NCBI GenBank assembly: GCA_016872955.1
Contig: VGYP01000003.1
Coordinates: 1 to 35,425 of the forward strand
Length of the DNA: 35,425 nt
Direction: 5' to 3'
Source: Planctomycetota bacterium
GTDB taxonomy: Bacteria; Planctomycetota; Planctomycetia; Pirellulales; UBA1268
Shown here piece after piece: positions 35,404 through 35,425 of the stretch. Numbering within the stretch: the first letter of the stretch is position 1; every line of letters starts with the position of its first letter. The notes beneath the pieces were generated by a model, which had not been told where the DNA came from, did no database searches, and saw only the letters and a list, made by a program, of their open reading frames with translations. The translations under genes and the position numbers were made by a program.

Positions 35404-35425
35404 GACCATCCGAAGGACCGCGGAG

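Noticed and set aside
1-35425. CRISPR array, prophage, toxin-antitoxin or defence system
   Set aside because: No regularly spaced repeats and no cas, phage or defence-like proteins recognised.

Overview
GC-rich (roughly 70% by eye) bacterial chromosomal segment. Gene content (tandem double-length UvrA, BBP7-like beta-barrel, ThuA-like, long NfeD, HpnN-like MMPL) points to a Planctomycetota (Pirellulales-like) genome; this is inference. The left edge has nested insertion sequences: the left end of an IS3-family element inside the 5' part of an IS21-family istA. Next come hflK-hflC(frameshifted near its 3' end)-BI-1/YccA, a ThuA-like protein, and a uvrA / beta-barrel / BtuF-like run. Then tRNA-Ala(CGC), an ECF sigma/anti-sigma pair, pyrE-TPR-hydrolase, and an nfeD(long, apparently catalytically dead)-nfeD(short)-floA-yqfB-like operon. 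A structured ~385-bp intergenic region with a strong intrinsic terminator follows (candidate ncRNA). The right part holds an SH3-domain protein, an MMPL/HpnN-like transporter, a rhomboid protease, a Gfo/Idh/MocA oxidoreductase, a stand-alone PolB-like 3'-5' exonuclease, a lipoprotein, a small Lys/Ala-rich histone-H1-like protein and nadA. No CRISPR array, rRNA, prophage or defence system was seen. Best leads: the candidate ncRNA at about 23.2-23.45 kb, the double pseudo-protease NfeD, the concentration of membrane-microdomain/proteostasis genes, and the putative nucleoid protein. All family calls come from motif recognition by eye, not database searches.
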